Shown: positions 8,331-19,229, counted from the stretch's first letter. The stretch is 64,000 nt of DNA from Escherichia coli (GCF_022846255.1 NZ_AP025682.1), one strand, 5' to 3'. The notes: generated from the letters alone by a model not told the origin. Numbers and translations: made by a program.

Positions 8331-10364
8331 TTATTTCACCTGATGACCCGGTTTAGCACCAGCATCCGGACTTAGCAGGAAAATATCTTTCCCGCCAGGA
8401 CCGGCAGCCATCACCATGCCTTCGGAGATACCGAAGCGCATTTTACGTGGTGCCAGGTTAGCCACCATAATGGTGTGACGACCAATTAGTGCCTGCGGAT
8501 CCGGGTAAGCAGAACGAATGCCGGAGAAGACATTGCGTTTTTCACCGCCGAGATCCAGCGTCAGGCGCAGCAGTTTGTCAGAACCTTCAACAAACTCTGC
8601 GTTTTCGATCAGCGCCACGCGCAGGTCAACTTTGGCGAAGTCGTCAAAGGTGATGGTTTCCTGAATCGGATCATCTGCCAGTGGGCCAGTAACTGGCGCG
8701 GCAGCTGCTTTCACTTCTTCTTTAGACGCTTCCACCAGTGCTTCAACCTGCTTCATATCGATGCGGTTATACAGCGCTTTGAACGGATTCACTTTGTGGC
8801 CCAGCAGCGGTTGCTGGATACCATCCCAGGTCAGTTCTGTATTGAGGAATGCTTCTGCGCGCTCGGTCAGTTTCGGCAGTACCGGCTTCAGGTAAGTCAT
8901 CAGCACGCGGAACAGGTTTATGCCCATTGAGCAAATTGCCTGCAGGTCGGCATCGCGGCCTTCCTGTTTTGCCACCACCCACGGAGCCTGTTCATCGACA
9001 TAGCGGTTAGCCAGATCAGCCAGCGCCATGATTTCGCGTACTGCTTTACCAAATTCGCGGCTTTCCCACGCCTCACCAATCACTTCAGCGGCATCAGTGA
9101 AGGTTTTGTACAACTGCGGGTCAGCCAGTTCGCTTGCCAGCACGCCGTCAAAACGCTTGTTGATAAAGCCCGCATTACGAGAGGCCAGGTTAACCACTTT
9201 GTTAACGATATCGGCATTCACGCGCTGAACGAAATCTTCCAGGTTGAGATCGATATCATCAATGCGCGAAGAGAGTTTCGCAGTGTAGTAGTAACGCAGG
9301 CTGTCGGCGTCAAAATGATTCAGCCAGGTGCTGGCCTTAATAAAGGTACCGCGAGACTTAGACATCTTCGCGCCGTTCACCGTCACATAGCCATGAACAA
9401 ACAGGTTGGTCGGCTTGCGGAAGTTGCTGCCTTCCAGCATTGCTGGCCAGAACAGGCTGTGGAAGTAAACAATATCTTTACCGATGAAGTGGTACAGCTC
9501 GGCGGTGGAGTCTTTCTTCCAGTATTCATCGAAGCTTACGCTGTCGCCGCGCTTGTCGCACAGATTCTTGAAAGAACCCATATAGCCAATCGGCGCATCC
9601 AGCCAGACGTAGAAATATTTACCCGGCGCGTTCGGAATTTCAAAACCGAAGTACGGCGCGTCGCGGGAGATATCCCATTGTTGCAGGCCAGATTCAAACC
9701 ACTCCTGCATTTTGTTTGCCACCTGCTCCTGCAACGCACCGCTGCGGGTCCATGCCTGCAGCATTTCGCTGAAAGAGGGCAGATCAAAGAAGAAGTGTTC
9801 AGAATCACGCATTACCGGGGTAGCGCCAGAAACCACCGATTTCGGCTCGATCAGTTCAGTCGGGCTGTAGGTCGCGCCGCAGACTTCGCAGTTATCGCCG
9901 TATTGATCCGGGGATTTACATTTCGGGCAGGTGCCTTTTACAAAACGGTCCGGCAGGAACATGCCTTTTTCCGGATCGTACAGCTGAGAGATGGTGCGGT
10001 TTTTAATAAAACCGTTTTCTTTCAGGCGAGAGTAGATAAGTTCTGACAACTGGCGGTTCTCTTCGCTGTGCGTCGAGTGATAGTTGTCATAGCTGATGTT
10101 AAAGCCTGCGAAATCAGTCTGATGCTCCTGACTCATTTCGCCAATCATCTGCTCCGGAGTGATACCAAGCTGCTGAGCTTTCAACATGATTGGTGTACCG
10201 TGGGCATCGTCGGCGCAGATGAAGTTGACCTCGTGGCCGCGCATTCGCTGGTAACGGACCCAGACATCAGCCTGGATGTGCTCCAGCATATGGCCGAGGT
10301 GGATTGAGCCGTTAGCGTACGGCAGTGCGCACGTCACCAGAATTTTCTTCGCGACTTGAGTCAT
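8331..10364 (-). CDS. metG: methionyl-tRNA synthetase
   Basis: Translation begins [31 protein letters not shown] (class I HIGH motif) and contains KMSKS; 677 aa from the second in-frame ATG. Confidence 0.97.
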   Translation of the reverse strand: MTQVAKKILVTCALPYANGSIHLGHMLEHIQADVWVRYQRMRGHEVNFICADDAHGTPIMLKAQQLGITPEQMIGEMSQEHQTDFAGFNISYDNYHSTHSEENRQLSELIYSRLKENGFIKNRTISQLYDPEKGMFLPDRFVKGTCPKCKSPDQYGDNCEVCGATYSPTELIEPKSVVSGATPVMRDSEHFFFDLPSFSEMLQAWTRSGALQEQVANKMQEWFESGLQQWDISRDAPYFGFEIPNAPGKYFYVWLDAPIGYMGSFKNLCDKRGDSVSFDEYWKKDSTAELYHFIGKDIVYFHSLFWPAMLEGSNFRKPTNLFVHGYVTVNGAKMSKSRGTFIKASTWLNHFDADSLRYYYTAKLSSRIDDIDLNLEDFVQRVNADIVNKVVNLASRNAGFINKRFDGVLASELADPQLYKTFTDAAEVIGEAWESREFGKAVREIMALADLANRYVDEQAPWVVAKQEGRDADLQAICSMGINLFRVLMTYLKPVLPKLTERAEAFLNTELTWDGIQQPLLGHKVNPFKALYNRIDMKQVEALVEASKEEVKAAAAPVTGPLADDPIQETITFDDFAKVDLRVALIENAEFVEGSDKLLRLTLDLGGEKRNVFSGIRSAYPDPQALIGRHTIMVANLAPRKMRFGISEGMVMAAGPGGKDIFLLSPDAGAKPGHQVK

Positions 10365-10495
10365 AGTAGGCATTACTTCTTAATAGTGAAAAGGGGTTAG
10401 ATAGTACCAAATGGGAAAATGTTAAGTAAGTACTTCTCTATATTCTTCAGGTAAACTATCAACTGATGGTTTATCTATACAAAAAAGGAGTCGGG

Positions 10496-11605
10496 ATGAA
10501 CGAACAATCCCAGGCCAAATCACCAGAAGCCTTGCGCGCAATGGTCGCCGGGACACTGGCCAATTTTCAGCACCCAACCCTGAAGCATAACCTCACAACG
10601 CTGAAAGCGTTGCACCATGTCGCCTGGATGGACGACACGCTGCATGTGGAACTGGTTATGCCATTCGTCTGGCATAGCGCGTTCGAAGAGTTAAAAGAGC
10701 AATGTAGCGCCGAACTGCTGCGCATCACCGGAGCGAAAGCTATCGACTGGAAACTGTCGCATAACATAGCCACTCTGAAACGCGTGAAGAATCAGCCGGG
10801 AATTAACGGCGTGAAGAACATTATCGCGGTCAGTTCCGGTAAAGGTGGCGTGGGTAAATCCTCCACGGCGGTAAACCTGGCGTTGGCACTGGCGGCGGAA
10901 GGGGCGAAAGTCGGCATTCTGGACGCCGATATCTACGGCCCATCAATCCCTACCATGCTGGGCGCAGAAAATCAGCGTCCAACTTCGCCGGACGGTACCC
11001 ATATGGCACCGATTATGTCTCATGGCCTGGCAACTAATTCAATTGGTTATCTGGTGACAGACGACAATGCGATGGTGTGGCGTGGCCCAATGGCGAGCAA
11101 GGCGTTAATGCAAATGTTGCAGGAAACCTTGTGGCCGGATCTCGACTATCTGGTGCTTGATATGCCGCCAGGTACCGGTGACATTCAATTGACATTGGCA
11201 CAAAACATTCCAGTAACCGGTGCAGTCGTGGTCACCACCCCGCAGGACATCGCGTTGATCGATGCGAAAAAAGGCATTGTGATGTTCGAGAAAGTCGAAG
11301 TTCCGGTGCTCGGTATTGTCGAGAACATGAGTGTGCATATTTGCAGTAACTGTGGTCACCATGAACCGATTTTCGGTACCGGTGGTGCAGAGAAACTGGC
11401 CGAGAAATACCACACGCAGCTGCTGGGGCAGATGCCGTTACACATCTCCTTACGTGAGGATCTCGATAAAGGCACGCCAACGGTTATCAGCCGTCCTGAG
11501 AGCGAATTTACCGCTATCTACCGCCAGCTGGCTGACCGCGTTGCAGCTCAGCTCTACTGGCAGGGTGAAGTCATTCCAGGCGAGATTTCCTTCCGCGCGG
11601 TCTGA
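10496..11605 (+). CDS. mrp: Fe-S cluster carrier ATPase Mrp/ApbC
   Basis: MNEQSQAKSPEALRAMVAG...; P-loop SGKGGVGKS; CxxC near C-terminus; AAGGAG 7 nt upstream of ATG 10496. Confidence 0.95.
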   Translation: MNEQSQAKSPEALRAMVAGTLANFQHPTLKHNLTTLKALHHVAWMDDTLHVELVMPFVWHSAFEELKEQCSAELLRITGAKAIDWKLSHNIATLKRVKNQPGINGVKNIIAVSSGKGGVGKSSTAVNLALALAAEGAKVGILDADIYGPSIPTMLGAENQRPTSPDGTHMAPIMSHGLATNSIGYLVTDDNAMVWRGPMASKALMQMLQETLWPDLDYLVLDMPPGTGDIQLTLAQNIPVTGAVVVTTPQDIALIDAKKGIVMFEKVEVPVLGIVENMSVHICSNCGHHEPIFGTGGAEKLAEKYHTQLLGQMPLHISLREDLDKGTPTVISRPESEFTAIYRQLADRVAAQLYWQGEVIPGEISFRAV

Positions 11606-11867
11606 CGCGTATTAACCATTCTGGTTATTCTTCATACACCGCAGAGATGTTACATTGATGCGGTGTATTTGTTTTTGCAACATTAATGAACACTTATTTA
11701 ATGCTGCGAATATTCTGCGGACCTTCGTCCGAAACTCTACAAAGTCGATTGATCGTACCGGCGATGCTTCATTATCATCCTTCGTGGCTGTGTAGTGGAT
11801 GTACAGCTATAGTTTGTTATGCACTCATTCTTTCCAGGCATAACCTTTACTACAGGGATAACGTTCA

Positions 11868-12149
11868 ATGAATAAGTACTGGCTGTCAGGAATTATTTTT
11901 CTTGCCTATGGATTGGCTTCTCCCGCGTTCTCTTCAGAAACTGCCACATTAACGATTAATGGTAGGATCAGTCCCCCGACATGCAGTATGGCTATGGTTA
12001 ATGGTCAACCTCAACAGCATTGTGGTCAGTTAACGTATAATGTTGATACCCGTCATCAGGTTTCTTCGCCAGTTAAAGGTGTAACGACGGAAGTGATTGC
12101 TGCAGATAGCGATAGCAAACGTCGAATCGTGTTAAATCGCTACGATTAA
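11868..12149 (+). CDS. yehE: small secreted protein YehE (93 aa, signal peptide)
   Basis: ORF track; N-terminal signal peptide; position upstream of the yeh chaperone-usher genes. Confidence 0.75.
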   Translation: MNKYWLSGIIFLAYGLASPAFSSETATLTINGRISPPTCSMAMVNGQPQQHCGQLTYNVDTRHQVSSPVKGVTTEVIAADSDSKRRIVLNRYD

Positions 12150-12440
12150 TTTGCCACCCTGGTTTAATTGGATTTAGAAAGCTTAAATCATTTACGTGAA
12201 TGATTTAAGCTTTTTTATTGATATTAATAATACCATTTATAGAAATCTACATTAATTAATAGATTTGATAAATATTTAATGTGCTTAAGTATTTGTTGTG
12301 TTTATATTGCAATGGTTAATTTGCTTTAAATCAATAAAACAATGTGTTTACATTGCGGCAACTTTTTGGGTGTGAGAAATTTGTTTCCAAGAGATACAGA
12401 CTCTTAACAACCAAAAATAGATTTTATTAAGGAGCATATT

Positions 12441-12983
12441 ATGAAACGTTCAATTATTGCTGCCGCTGTTTTTTCTTCTTTTTTTATGAGCGCTGGGGTA
12501 TTTGCCGCAGACGTTGATACCGGAACATTAACCATTAAAGGGAATATTGCAGAATCTCCGTGTAAATTCGAAGCAGGTGGCGATTCAGTAAGTATTAATA
12601 TGCCAACTGTACCAACTACGGTCTTTGAAGGTAAAGCTAAATACTCGACCTATGATGGTGCAGTCGGTGTAACCAGCAGCATGTTAAAAATTAGCTGTCC
12701 GAAAGAAGTTGCTGGTGTAAAACTCTCGTTGATTACCAACGATAAAATAACCGGAAACGATAAGGCGATAGCCAGTAGCAACGATACCGTGGGGTATTAT
12801 CTCTATTTAGGTGATAACAGCGATGTCCTGGATGTTTCTGCACCTTTCAACATCGAGAGTTATAAAACAGCGGACGGTCAATATGCTATTCCGTTTAAAG
12901 CAAAATACCTGAAGCTGACAGATAATTCAGTGCAATCAGGTGATGTGTTATCTTCTCTGGTTATGCGTGTGGCGCAGGATTAA
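12441..12983 (+). CDS. yehD: fimbrial major subunit-like protein YehD
   Basis: Signal peptide, conserved Cys pair, typical pilin size (180 aa); first gene of the chaperone-usher cluster. Confidence 0.85.
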   Translation: MKRSIIAAAVFSSFFMSAGVFAADVDTGTLTIKGNIAESPCKFEAGGDSVSINMPTVPTTVFEGKAKYSTYDGAVGVTSSMLKISCPKEVAGVKLSLITNDKITGNDKAIASSNDTVGYYLYLGDNSDVLDVSAPFNIESYKTADGQYAIPFKAKYLKLTDNSVQSGDVLSSLVMRVAQD

Positions 12984-13063
12984 TAAATAAAATTATAAAT
13001 TTTCCCAGGTAATAAACATGGCCGCTATCCCCATGGCGGCCTTTTAATTTAAGAGGCATTAAG

Positions 13064-13738
13064 ATGAAAGGATTATTTGCTTTACTCATTTCTTCTATGG
13101 TCCTTCCTGCACATGCCGGTATTGTTATCTACGGGACGCGTATTATTTACCCGGCAGAAAATAAAGAAGTGATGGTGCAGTTGATGAATCAGGGAAACCG
13201 TTCTTCGCTGCTGCAGGCGTGGATTGATGATGGCGATACGTCGTTACCACCAGAAAAAATTCAGGTTCCTTTCATGTTAACGCCACCAGTGGCAAAAATA
13301 GGGGCAAATTCCGGGCAGCAAGTAAAAATTAAAATTATGCCGAATAAACTACCCACTAATAAAGAGAGTATTTTTTATCTGAATGTTCTGGATATTCCAC
13401 CAAATAGTCCAGAACAAGAAGGTAAGAATGCACTGAAGTTTGCGATGCAAAACAGAATTAAGTTGTTTTACCGGCCAGCGGGTATTGCTCCGGTAAATAA
13501 AGTGACCTTTAAAAAGTTACTGGTAAATCGCAGTGGCAATGGATTGGTGATAAAAAATGACTCAGCTAATTGGGTGACGATTTCGGATGTCAAAGCTAAT
13601 AATGTTAAAGTCAATTATGAAACTATTATGATTGCCCCCTTAGAAAGTCAGAGTGTTAATGTCAAAAGTAATAATGCAAATAACTGGCATCTGACCATTA
13701 TCGATGACCATGGCAATTATATTAGTGACAAAATTTAA
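13064..13738 (+). CDS. yehC: periplasmic fimbrial chaperone YehC (PapD-like)
   Basis: 224 aa with signal peptide; GTRIIYP / NRIKLFYRP chaperone signature motifs. Confidence 0.9.
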   Translation: MKGLFALLISSMVLPAHAGIVIYGTRIIYPAENKEVMVQLMNQGNRSSLLQAWIDDGDTSLPPEKIQVPFMLTPPVAKIGANSGQQVKIKIMPNKLPTNKESIFYLNVLDIPPNSPEQEGKNALKFAMQNRIKLFYRPAGIAPVNKVTFKKLLVNRSGNGLVIKNDSANWVTISDVKANNVKVNYETIMIAPLESQSVNVKSNNANNWHLTIIDDHGNYISDKI

Positions 13739-13753
13739 TTGCAGGAGCTGCCT

Positions 13754-16234
13754 ATGTTGAGAATGACCCCACTTGCATCAGCAATCGTAGCGTTATTGAT
13801 CGGCATTGAAGCTTATGCAGCTGAAGAAACCTTTGATACCCATTTCATGATAGGTGGAATGAAAGACCAGCAGGTTTCAAATATTCGTCTTGAAGATAAT
13901 CAGCCCTTGCCGGGGCAGTATGACATCGATATTTATGTCAATAAGCAATGGCGTGGGAAATATGAGATCTTTGTTAAAGACAACCCGCAAGAAACATGTT
14001 TATCAAGGGAAATGATCAAGCGGTTAGGCATTAATACCGATAGCTTTGCCAGCGGTAAGCAATGTTTAACATTTAAGCAACTTATTCAGGGCGGGAGCTA
14101 TACCTGGGATATCGGAGTTTTTCGTCTCGATTTCAGTGTCCCGCAGGCCTGGGTGGAAGAGCTGGAAAGTGGCTATGTTCCACCGGAAAACTGGGAGCGG
14201 GGTATTAATGCGTTTTATACCTCTTATTATGTGAGTCAGTATTACAGCGATTATAAAGCGTCCGGTAATAGCAAGAGTACATATGTACGTTTTAACAGCG
14301 GGTTAAATTTATTGGGGTGGCAACTGCATTCTGATGCCAGTTTCAGTAAAACAAATAACAATCCAGGGGGGTGGAAAAGCAATACCCTGTATCTGGAACG
14401 TGGATTTGCCCAACTTCTCGGCACGCTTCGTGTGGGTGATATGTACACATCAAGCGATATTTTTGATTCTGTTCGCTTCAGCGGTGTGCGGTTGTTTCGT
14501 GATATGCAGATGTTGCCTAACTCGAAACAAAATTTTACGCCACGGGTGCAGGGGATTGCTCAGAGTAACGCGCTGGTAACTATTGAACAGAATGGTTTTG
14601 TGGTTTATCAGAAAGAGGTTCCTCCTGGCCCGTTTGCGATTACAGATTTGCAGTTGGCCGGAGGTGGAGCAGATCTTGATATCAGCGTGAAAGAGGCGGA
14701 CGGTTCGGTAACCACCTATCTGGTGCCTTATGCAGCGGTACCAAATATGCTGCAACCCGGCGTGTCGAAATATGATTTTGCGGCGGGTCGTAGCCATATT
14801 GAAGGGGCGAGCAAACAAAGTGATTTTGTCCAGGCGGGTCATCAGTATGGTTTTAATAACTTATTAACGCTGTATGGTGGCTCGATGGTCGCGAATAATT
14901 ATTACGCGTTCACTTTGGGGACTGGCTGGAATACACGCATTGGTGCCATTTCCGTCGATGCCACGAAGTCGCATAGTAAACAAGACAACGGCGATGTGTT
15001 TGACGGGCAAAGTTATCAAATTGCCTACAACAAATTTGTGAGCCAAACGTCGACACGTTTTGGTCTGGCGGCCTGGCGTTATTCGTCGCGTGATTATCGG
15101 ACATTTAATGATCACGTATGGGCAAACAATAAAGATAATTATCGCCGTGATGAAAACGATATCTATGACATTGCCGATTATTACCAGAACGATTTTGGCC
15201 GTAAAAATAGCTTCTCTGCCAATATGAGTCAGTCATTGCCAGAAGGCTGGGGTTCTGTGTCCTTAAGTACGTTATGGCGAGATTACTGGGGGCGTAGCGG
15301 CAGCAGTAAGGATTATCAGTTGAGTTATTCCAACAACCTGCGAAGGATAAGCTATACCCTCGCGGCAAGCCATGCTTATGACGAGAATCATCATGAAGAG
15401 AAACGTTTTAATATTTTTATATCGATTCCCTTTGATTGGGGTGATGACGTTACGACGCCTCGTCGGCAAATATATATGTCTAACTCAACGACGTTTGATG
15501 ATCAGGGGGTTGCCTCAAATAATACGGGATTATCAGGAACCGTTGGAAGCCGGGATCAGTTTAACTATGGGGTCAACCTGAGTTATCAGTATCAGGGAAA
15601 TGAAACGACAGCTGGGGCGAATTTAACCTGGAACGCGCCGGTTGCGACAGTGAATGGCAGTTATAGTCAGTCGAGTGCTTATCGACAGGCTGGAGCCAGT
15701 GTTTCAGGGGGCATTGTCGCCTGGTCGGGTGGCGTTAATCTGGCAAACCGTCTTTCTGAAACGTTTGCTGTGATGAATGCGCCAGGAATTAAAGATGCTT
15801 ATGTCAATGGGCAAAAATATCGCACAACAAACCGTAATGGAGTGGTGGTATACGACGGAATGACACCTTATCGGGAAAATTACCTGATGTTGGATGTGTC
15901 ACAAAGCGATAGCGAAGCAGAATTACGTGGCAACCGGAAAATTGCCGCCCCTTATCGCGGCGCGGTTGTACTGGTTAATTTTGATACCGATCAGCGCAAG
16001 CCATGGTTTATAAAAGCATTAAGAGCGGATGGGCAACCATTAACGTTTGGTTATGAAGTCAATGATATCCATGGTCATAATATTGGTGTTGTCGGCCAGG
16101 GAAGCCAGTTATTTATTCGCACCAATGAAGTACCGCCATCGGTTAATGTGGCAATTGATAAGCAACAAGGGCTTTCATGCACAATCACCTTCGGTAAAGA
16201 GATTGATGAAAGTAAAAATTATATTTGCCAGTAA
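13754..16234 (+). CDS. yehB: fimbrial outer-membrane usher YehB
   Basis: About 826 aa, signal peptide MLRMTPLASAIVALLIGIEAYA, usher-size beta-barrel protein between chaperone and adhesin genes. Confidence 0.9.
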   Translation: MLRMTPLASAIVALLIGIEAYAAEETFDTHFMIGGMKDQQVSNIRLEDNQPLPGQYDIDIYVNKQWRGKYEIFVKDNPQETCLSREMIKRLGINTDSFASGKQCLTFKQLIQGGSYTWDIGVFRLDFSVPQAWVEELESGYVPPENWERGINAFYTSYYVSQYYSDYKASGNSKSTYVRFNSGLNLLGWQLHSDASFSKTNNNPGGWKSNTLYLERGFAQLLGTLRVGDMYTSSDIFDSVRFSGVRLFRDMQMLPNSKQNFTPRVQGIAQSNALVTIEQNGFVVYQKEVPPGPFAITDLQLAGGGADLDISVKEADGSVTTYLVPYAAVPNMLQPGVSKYDFAAGRSHIEGASKQSDFVQAGHQYGFNNLLTLYGGSMVANNYYAFTLGTGWNTRIGAISVDATKSHSKQDNGDVFDGQSYQIAYNKFVSQTSTRFGLAAWRYSSRDYRTFNDHVWANNKDNYRRDENDIYDIADYYQNDFGRKNSFSANMSQSLPEGWGSVSLSTLWRDYWGRSGSSKDYQLSYSNNLRRISYTLAASHAYDENHHEEKRFNIFISIPFDWGDDVTTPRRQIYMSNSTTFDDQGVASNNTGLSGTVGSRDQFNYGVNLSYQYQGNETTAGANLTWNAPVATVNGSYSQSSAYRQAGASVSGGIVAWSGGVNLANRLSETFAVMNAPGIKDAYVNGQKYRTTNRNGVVVYDGMTPYRENYLMLDVSQSDSEAELRGNRKIAAPYRGAVVLVNFDTDQRKPWFIKALRADGQPLTFGYEVNDIHGHNIGVVGQGSQLFIRTNEVPPSVNVAIDKQQGLSCTITFGKEIDESKNYICQ

Positions 16235-16249
16235 TAGTCAGGTGGTTCT

Positions 16250-17284
16250 ATGGAAATTCGCATAATGCTATTTATAGTAATGATGATGGTTATGCCTGTG
16301 AGCTATGCGGCATGTTATAGTGAGTTATCTGTTCAGCACAATTTGGTTGTTCAGGGGGATTTTGCACTTACTCAAACACAAATGGCGACCTATGAGCATA
16401 ATTTTAATGATTCGTCATGCGTGAGTACAAATACTATCACACCTATGAGCCCGTCGGATATTATTGTTGGACTTTATAACGATACCATTAAATTAAATTT
16501 ACATTTTGAATGGACCAATAAAAACAACATTACGTTGTCAAATAATCAGACCAGTTTCACCAGTGGTTATTCGGTGACGGTGACACCTGCGGCCAGTAAT
16601 GCAAAAGTGAATGTTTCTGCGGGGGGCGGGGGTTCAGTGATGATTAATGGAGTTGCGACATTATCCAGTGCTTCATCATCGACACGCGGGAGTGCCGCAG
16701 TACAATTTCTACTGTGTTTATTAGGTGGTAAGTCATGGGATGCATGTGTAAATAGCTACAGAAATGCATTGGCACAAAATGCAGGTGTCTATTCCTTTAA
16801 TCTGACATTGTCATACAACCCGATAACCACAACCTGCAAACCGGACGATTTATTAATTACGTTAGAGAGTATTCCCGTTTCACAATTACCAGCCACAGGT
16901 AACAAAACAACAATAAATAGTAAAAAAGGGGATATTATTCTGCGTTGTAAAAATTTATTAGGTCAACAAAATCAAACATCACGGAAAATGCAGGTGTATT
17001 TATCAAGTTCTGATTTGTTAGCCGGCAGTAACACGATCCTGAAAGGTGCAGAAGATAATGGAGTCGGATTTATGCTTGAAAGCAATAGTTCGCCAGTCAC
17101 ATTTTTAAATATCACTGATAACAGCAAAGGGTACACAAATTTAAAAGAAATTGCGGCGAAGTCAAAAATTACAGATACAACGGTCTCAATTCCAGTAACT
17201 GCCAGTTACTATGTTTATGATAAAAATAAAGTAAAATCTGGTGCAATACAGGCAACCGCATTAATCAACGTGAAATACGACTAA
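16250..17284 (+). CDS. yehA: fimbrial adhesin-like protein YehA
   Basis: 344 aa, signal peptide, last gene of the yeh cluster. Confidence 0.8.
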   Translation: MEIRIMLFIVMMMVMPVSYAACYSELSVQHNLVVQGDFALTQTQMATYEHNFNDSSCVSTNTITPMSPSDIIVGLYNDTIKLNLHFEWTNKNNITLSNNQTSFTSGYSVTVTPAASNAKVNVSAGGGGSVMINGVATLSSASSSTRGSAAVQFLLCLLGGKSWDACVNSYRNALAQNAGVYSFNLTLSYNPITTTCKPDDLLITLESIPVSQLPATGNKTTINSKKGDIILRCKNLLGQQNQTSRKMQVYLSSSDLLAGSNTILKGAEDNGVGFMLESNSSPVTFLNITDNSKGYTNLKEIAAKSKITDTTVSIPVTASYYVYDKNKVKSGAIQATALINVKYD

Positions 17285-17340
17285 TAACAAGCAAGACGAG
17301 CAAGTGGCTAATAATAAAAAATAACAAGGTGTCTGCATTT

Positions 17341-17367
17341 CCCCCTCATGATGAGGGGGCTTTTTTT
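17341..17367 (+). terminator. intrinsic terminator after yehA (CCCCCTCATGATGAGGGGG + T7)
   Basis: Perfect GC hairpin followed by TTTTTTT; the rcnB stop codon (17366-17368, minus) lies within the T-tract. Confidence 0.6.
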
Positions 17368-17704
17368 AGCGATGATAAAAAATCTCACCGTCGTAGGCTT
17401 TAATGATTTTACCGTCGGTGTCGCTGATCAACACGTACGCGCCACCCATATAGGTCCAGTGCGTCCCGGCATCAGGCGCGGGCAGGTTACGTAACTGCCA
17501 CTGCTTAATGTTGTACTCATCGGTACGGTACATTTCTGGTACGGTGTCACCTGGTTTGAAATGCTTAAAGTCAGCAATGAAACTGCTTAACTCATACTTA
17601 GAAATTCCCGAGGTATTGGTCGAACCCGCGGTGGCTGGTGCGGCCCAGGCGGCACTGGTAACCAGCAAAAGCGCACCCAGCAACATCTTATTTTTAATGG
17701 TCAT
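17366..17704 (-). CDS. rcnB: periplasmic Ni/Co homeostasis protein RcnB
   Basis: 112-aa product starting MTIKNKMLLGALLLVTSAAWA (signal peptide); the longer 172-aa ORF in the track is an upstream extension. Confidence 0.9.
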   Translation of the reverse strand: MTIKNKMLLGALLLVTSAAWAAPATAGSTNTSGISKYELSSFIADFKHFKPGDTVPEMYRTDEYNIKQWQLRNLPAPDAGTHWTYMGGAYVLISDTDGKIIKAYDGEIFYHR

Positions 17705-17922
17705 AAACTCTCCACTTTGGGGATCTGTAATATCAGTCGCATATCTTTCCTGCCATACAATATAACTGACAAGCGATATTTTGTTAGTGATCCCATGATT
17801 TCGTAAAAAGTGTAAATGAAAGGATGCCCTAAAAGCATCCTTAGCGAGCAGAGAGTCAGCGGAAATAGCTGATTTAAGAATCATCCTGGGCTGAAGATAA
17901 CATGCAAGCCTAAAGGATTGAG

Positions 17923-18747
17923 TTATCGCATTATGCCCATGAAGCCATGTACGCCCATATACACACCAACTAAGCCAATCAACAGACTGGAAAAATAGGG
18001 AGCGCGTTTAGCGAGAGTGTTAAATCCGCTCCAGCGTTTTGCGACCTGCTGAACGCTGATTGCTGCGCCAACGCCTACGGTGACAAGCGTTAACGCCAGG
18101 CCGAGGCTGAAACTGACGACCAGTGTTGCGCCCAGTGTCAGGGCTTTCAACTGAATGCAAATCAACAGCACGGTAATTGCTGCCGGGCAGGGGATAAGGC
18201 CACCGGTTAAGCCAAATAGCAAAATTTGCCAGTTGGTGACCTCTCTACCATCAAAGCGTCGTTTAATGTCATTGGCATGGGCTCGTGCATGGGCATCCTG
18301 ATACTCGCCATGTTCGTGATGGTGATGATGTCCATGGTCGTGGTGATCTTCGTGATCGTGGTGATGATGCTCATGATCATGCTCGTGCATATTCTCCAGC
18401 CAGTTGCGTTCGCCGCGCCAGGTACGCCAGAACATCCAGAACGCGGTGCTAATAATGATCACTGCGGAAATCAACTGGAGCCACGGTTCTGCTGATTGAG
18501 CAGTAAAGCGTTTGCTGATCACCATCCCGCCAAAGGCAATTAACCAGACCACTGCGGTATGCGAAATAGTTGCTGCCAGTCCGAGCATCACCGCCTGTTT
18601 AATGGTGCCTTTGATGGCGATGATAAACGCCGCCATCATCGCTTTTGAGTGCCCCGGTTCCAGGCCATGAAGCGCACCAAGTAAGATGGCGCTGGGGATG
18701 AAGAACCAGGCGTTTCCTTGCTGAAGAAGTGTTGTAAATTCGGTCAT
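17923..18747 (-). CDS. rcnA: nickel/cobalt efflux transporter RcnA
   Basis: 274 aa membrane protein with a His-rich loop (HEHDHEHHHHDHEDHHDHGHHHHHEH). Confidence 0.95.
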   Translation of the reverse strand: MTEFTTLLQQGNAWFFIPSAILLGALHGLEPGHSKAMMAAFIIAIKGTIKQAVMLGLAATISHTAVVWLIAFGGMVISKRFTAQSAEPWLQLISAVIIISTAFWMFWRTWRGERNWLENMHEHDHEHHHHDHEDHHDHGHHHHHEHGEYQDAHARAHANDIKRRFDGREVTNWQILLFGLTGGLIPCPAAITVLLICIQLKALTLGATLVVSFSLGLALTLVTVGVGAAISVQQVAKRWSGFNTLAKRAPYFSSLLIGLVGVYMGVHGFMGIMR

Positions 18748-18784
18748 GATAATAATTCTTAGTATTAATTCGGCAATCTGATTC

Positions 18785-18819
18785 TACTCCCCCCCAGTAC
18801 CTGATACTACCCCCCAGTA
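18785..18819. promoter_or_regulatory. two RcnR operator sites (TACT-G6/C7-N-AGTA type) in the rcnR-rcnA intergenic region
   Basis: TACTCCCCCCCAGTA (18785-18799) and TACTACCCCCCAGTA (18805-18819), matching the published RcnR G-tract operator pattern. Confidence 0.7.
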
Positions 18820-18867
18820 GATTAATAGTGCTATGATTTTTCATATTCTTGTTAACCAGGTGTTGCC

Positions 18868-19140
18868 ATGTCTCATACAATCCGTGATAAACAGAAACTG
18901 AAAGCGCGTGCCAGTAAGATTCAGGGCCAGGTCGTGGCGCTCAAGAAAATGCTCGACGAGCCGCACGAATGCGCTGCAGTTTTACAACAGATTGCTGCTA
19001 TCCGTGGCGCGGTGAACGGTCTGATGCGGGAAGTGATTAAAGGTCATCTGACGGAACACATCGTTCACCAGGGGGATGAGCTAAAACGTGAAGAAGATCT
19101 GGATGTCGTTCTGAAGGTGCTGGATTCATATATCAAATAA
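18868..19140 (+). CDS. rcnR: Ni/Co-responsive repressor RcnR (CsoR/RcnR family)
   Basis: 90 aa, [29 protein letters not shown]; divergent from rcnA. Confidence 0.95.
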
Positions 19141-19229
19141 TTTATTAACGCGATTGTAAAACTGCCGTTTTTCCTCGTTTACAACGCGTGCGCTGGACAT
19201 TACCATCCTCCTTTGCGATTTATCATCGC

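Noticed and set aside
9315-10046. 243-aa plus-strand ORF and other long ORFs antisense to metG
   Set aside because: Fully embedded antisense to a highly conserved gene, no RBS; typical spurious antisense frames in GC-rich coding DNA.
17705-17884. N-terminal 60-aa extension of rcnB (172-aa ORF in track)
   Set aside because: The true product starts at the internal Met followed by a signal peptide (MTIKNKMLLGALLLVTSAAWA); the extension has no RBS logic.
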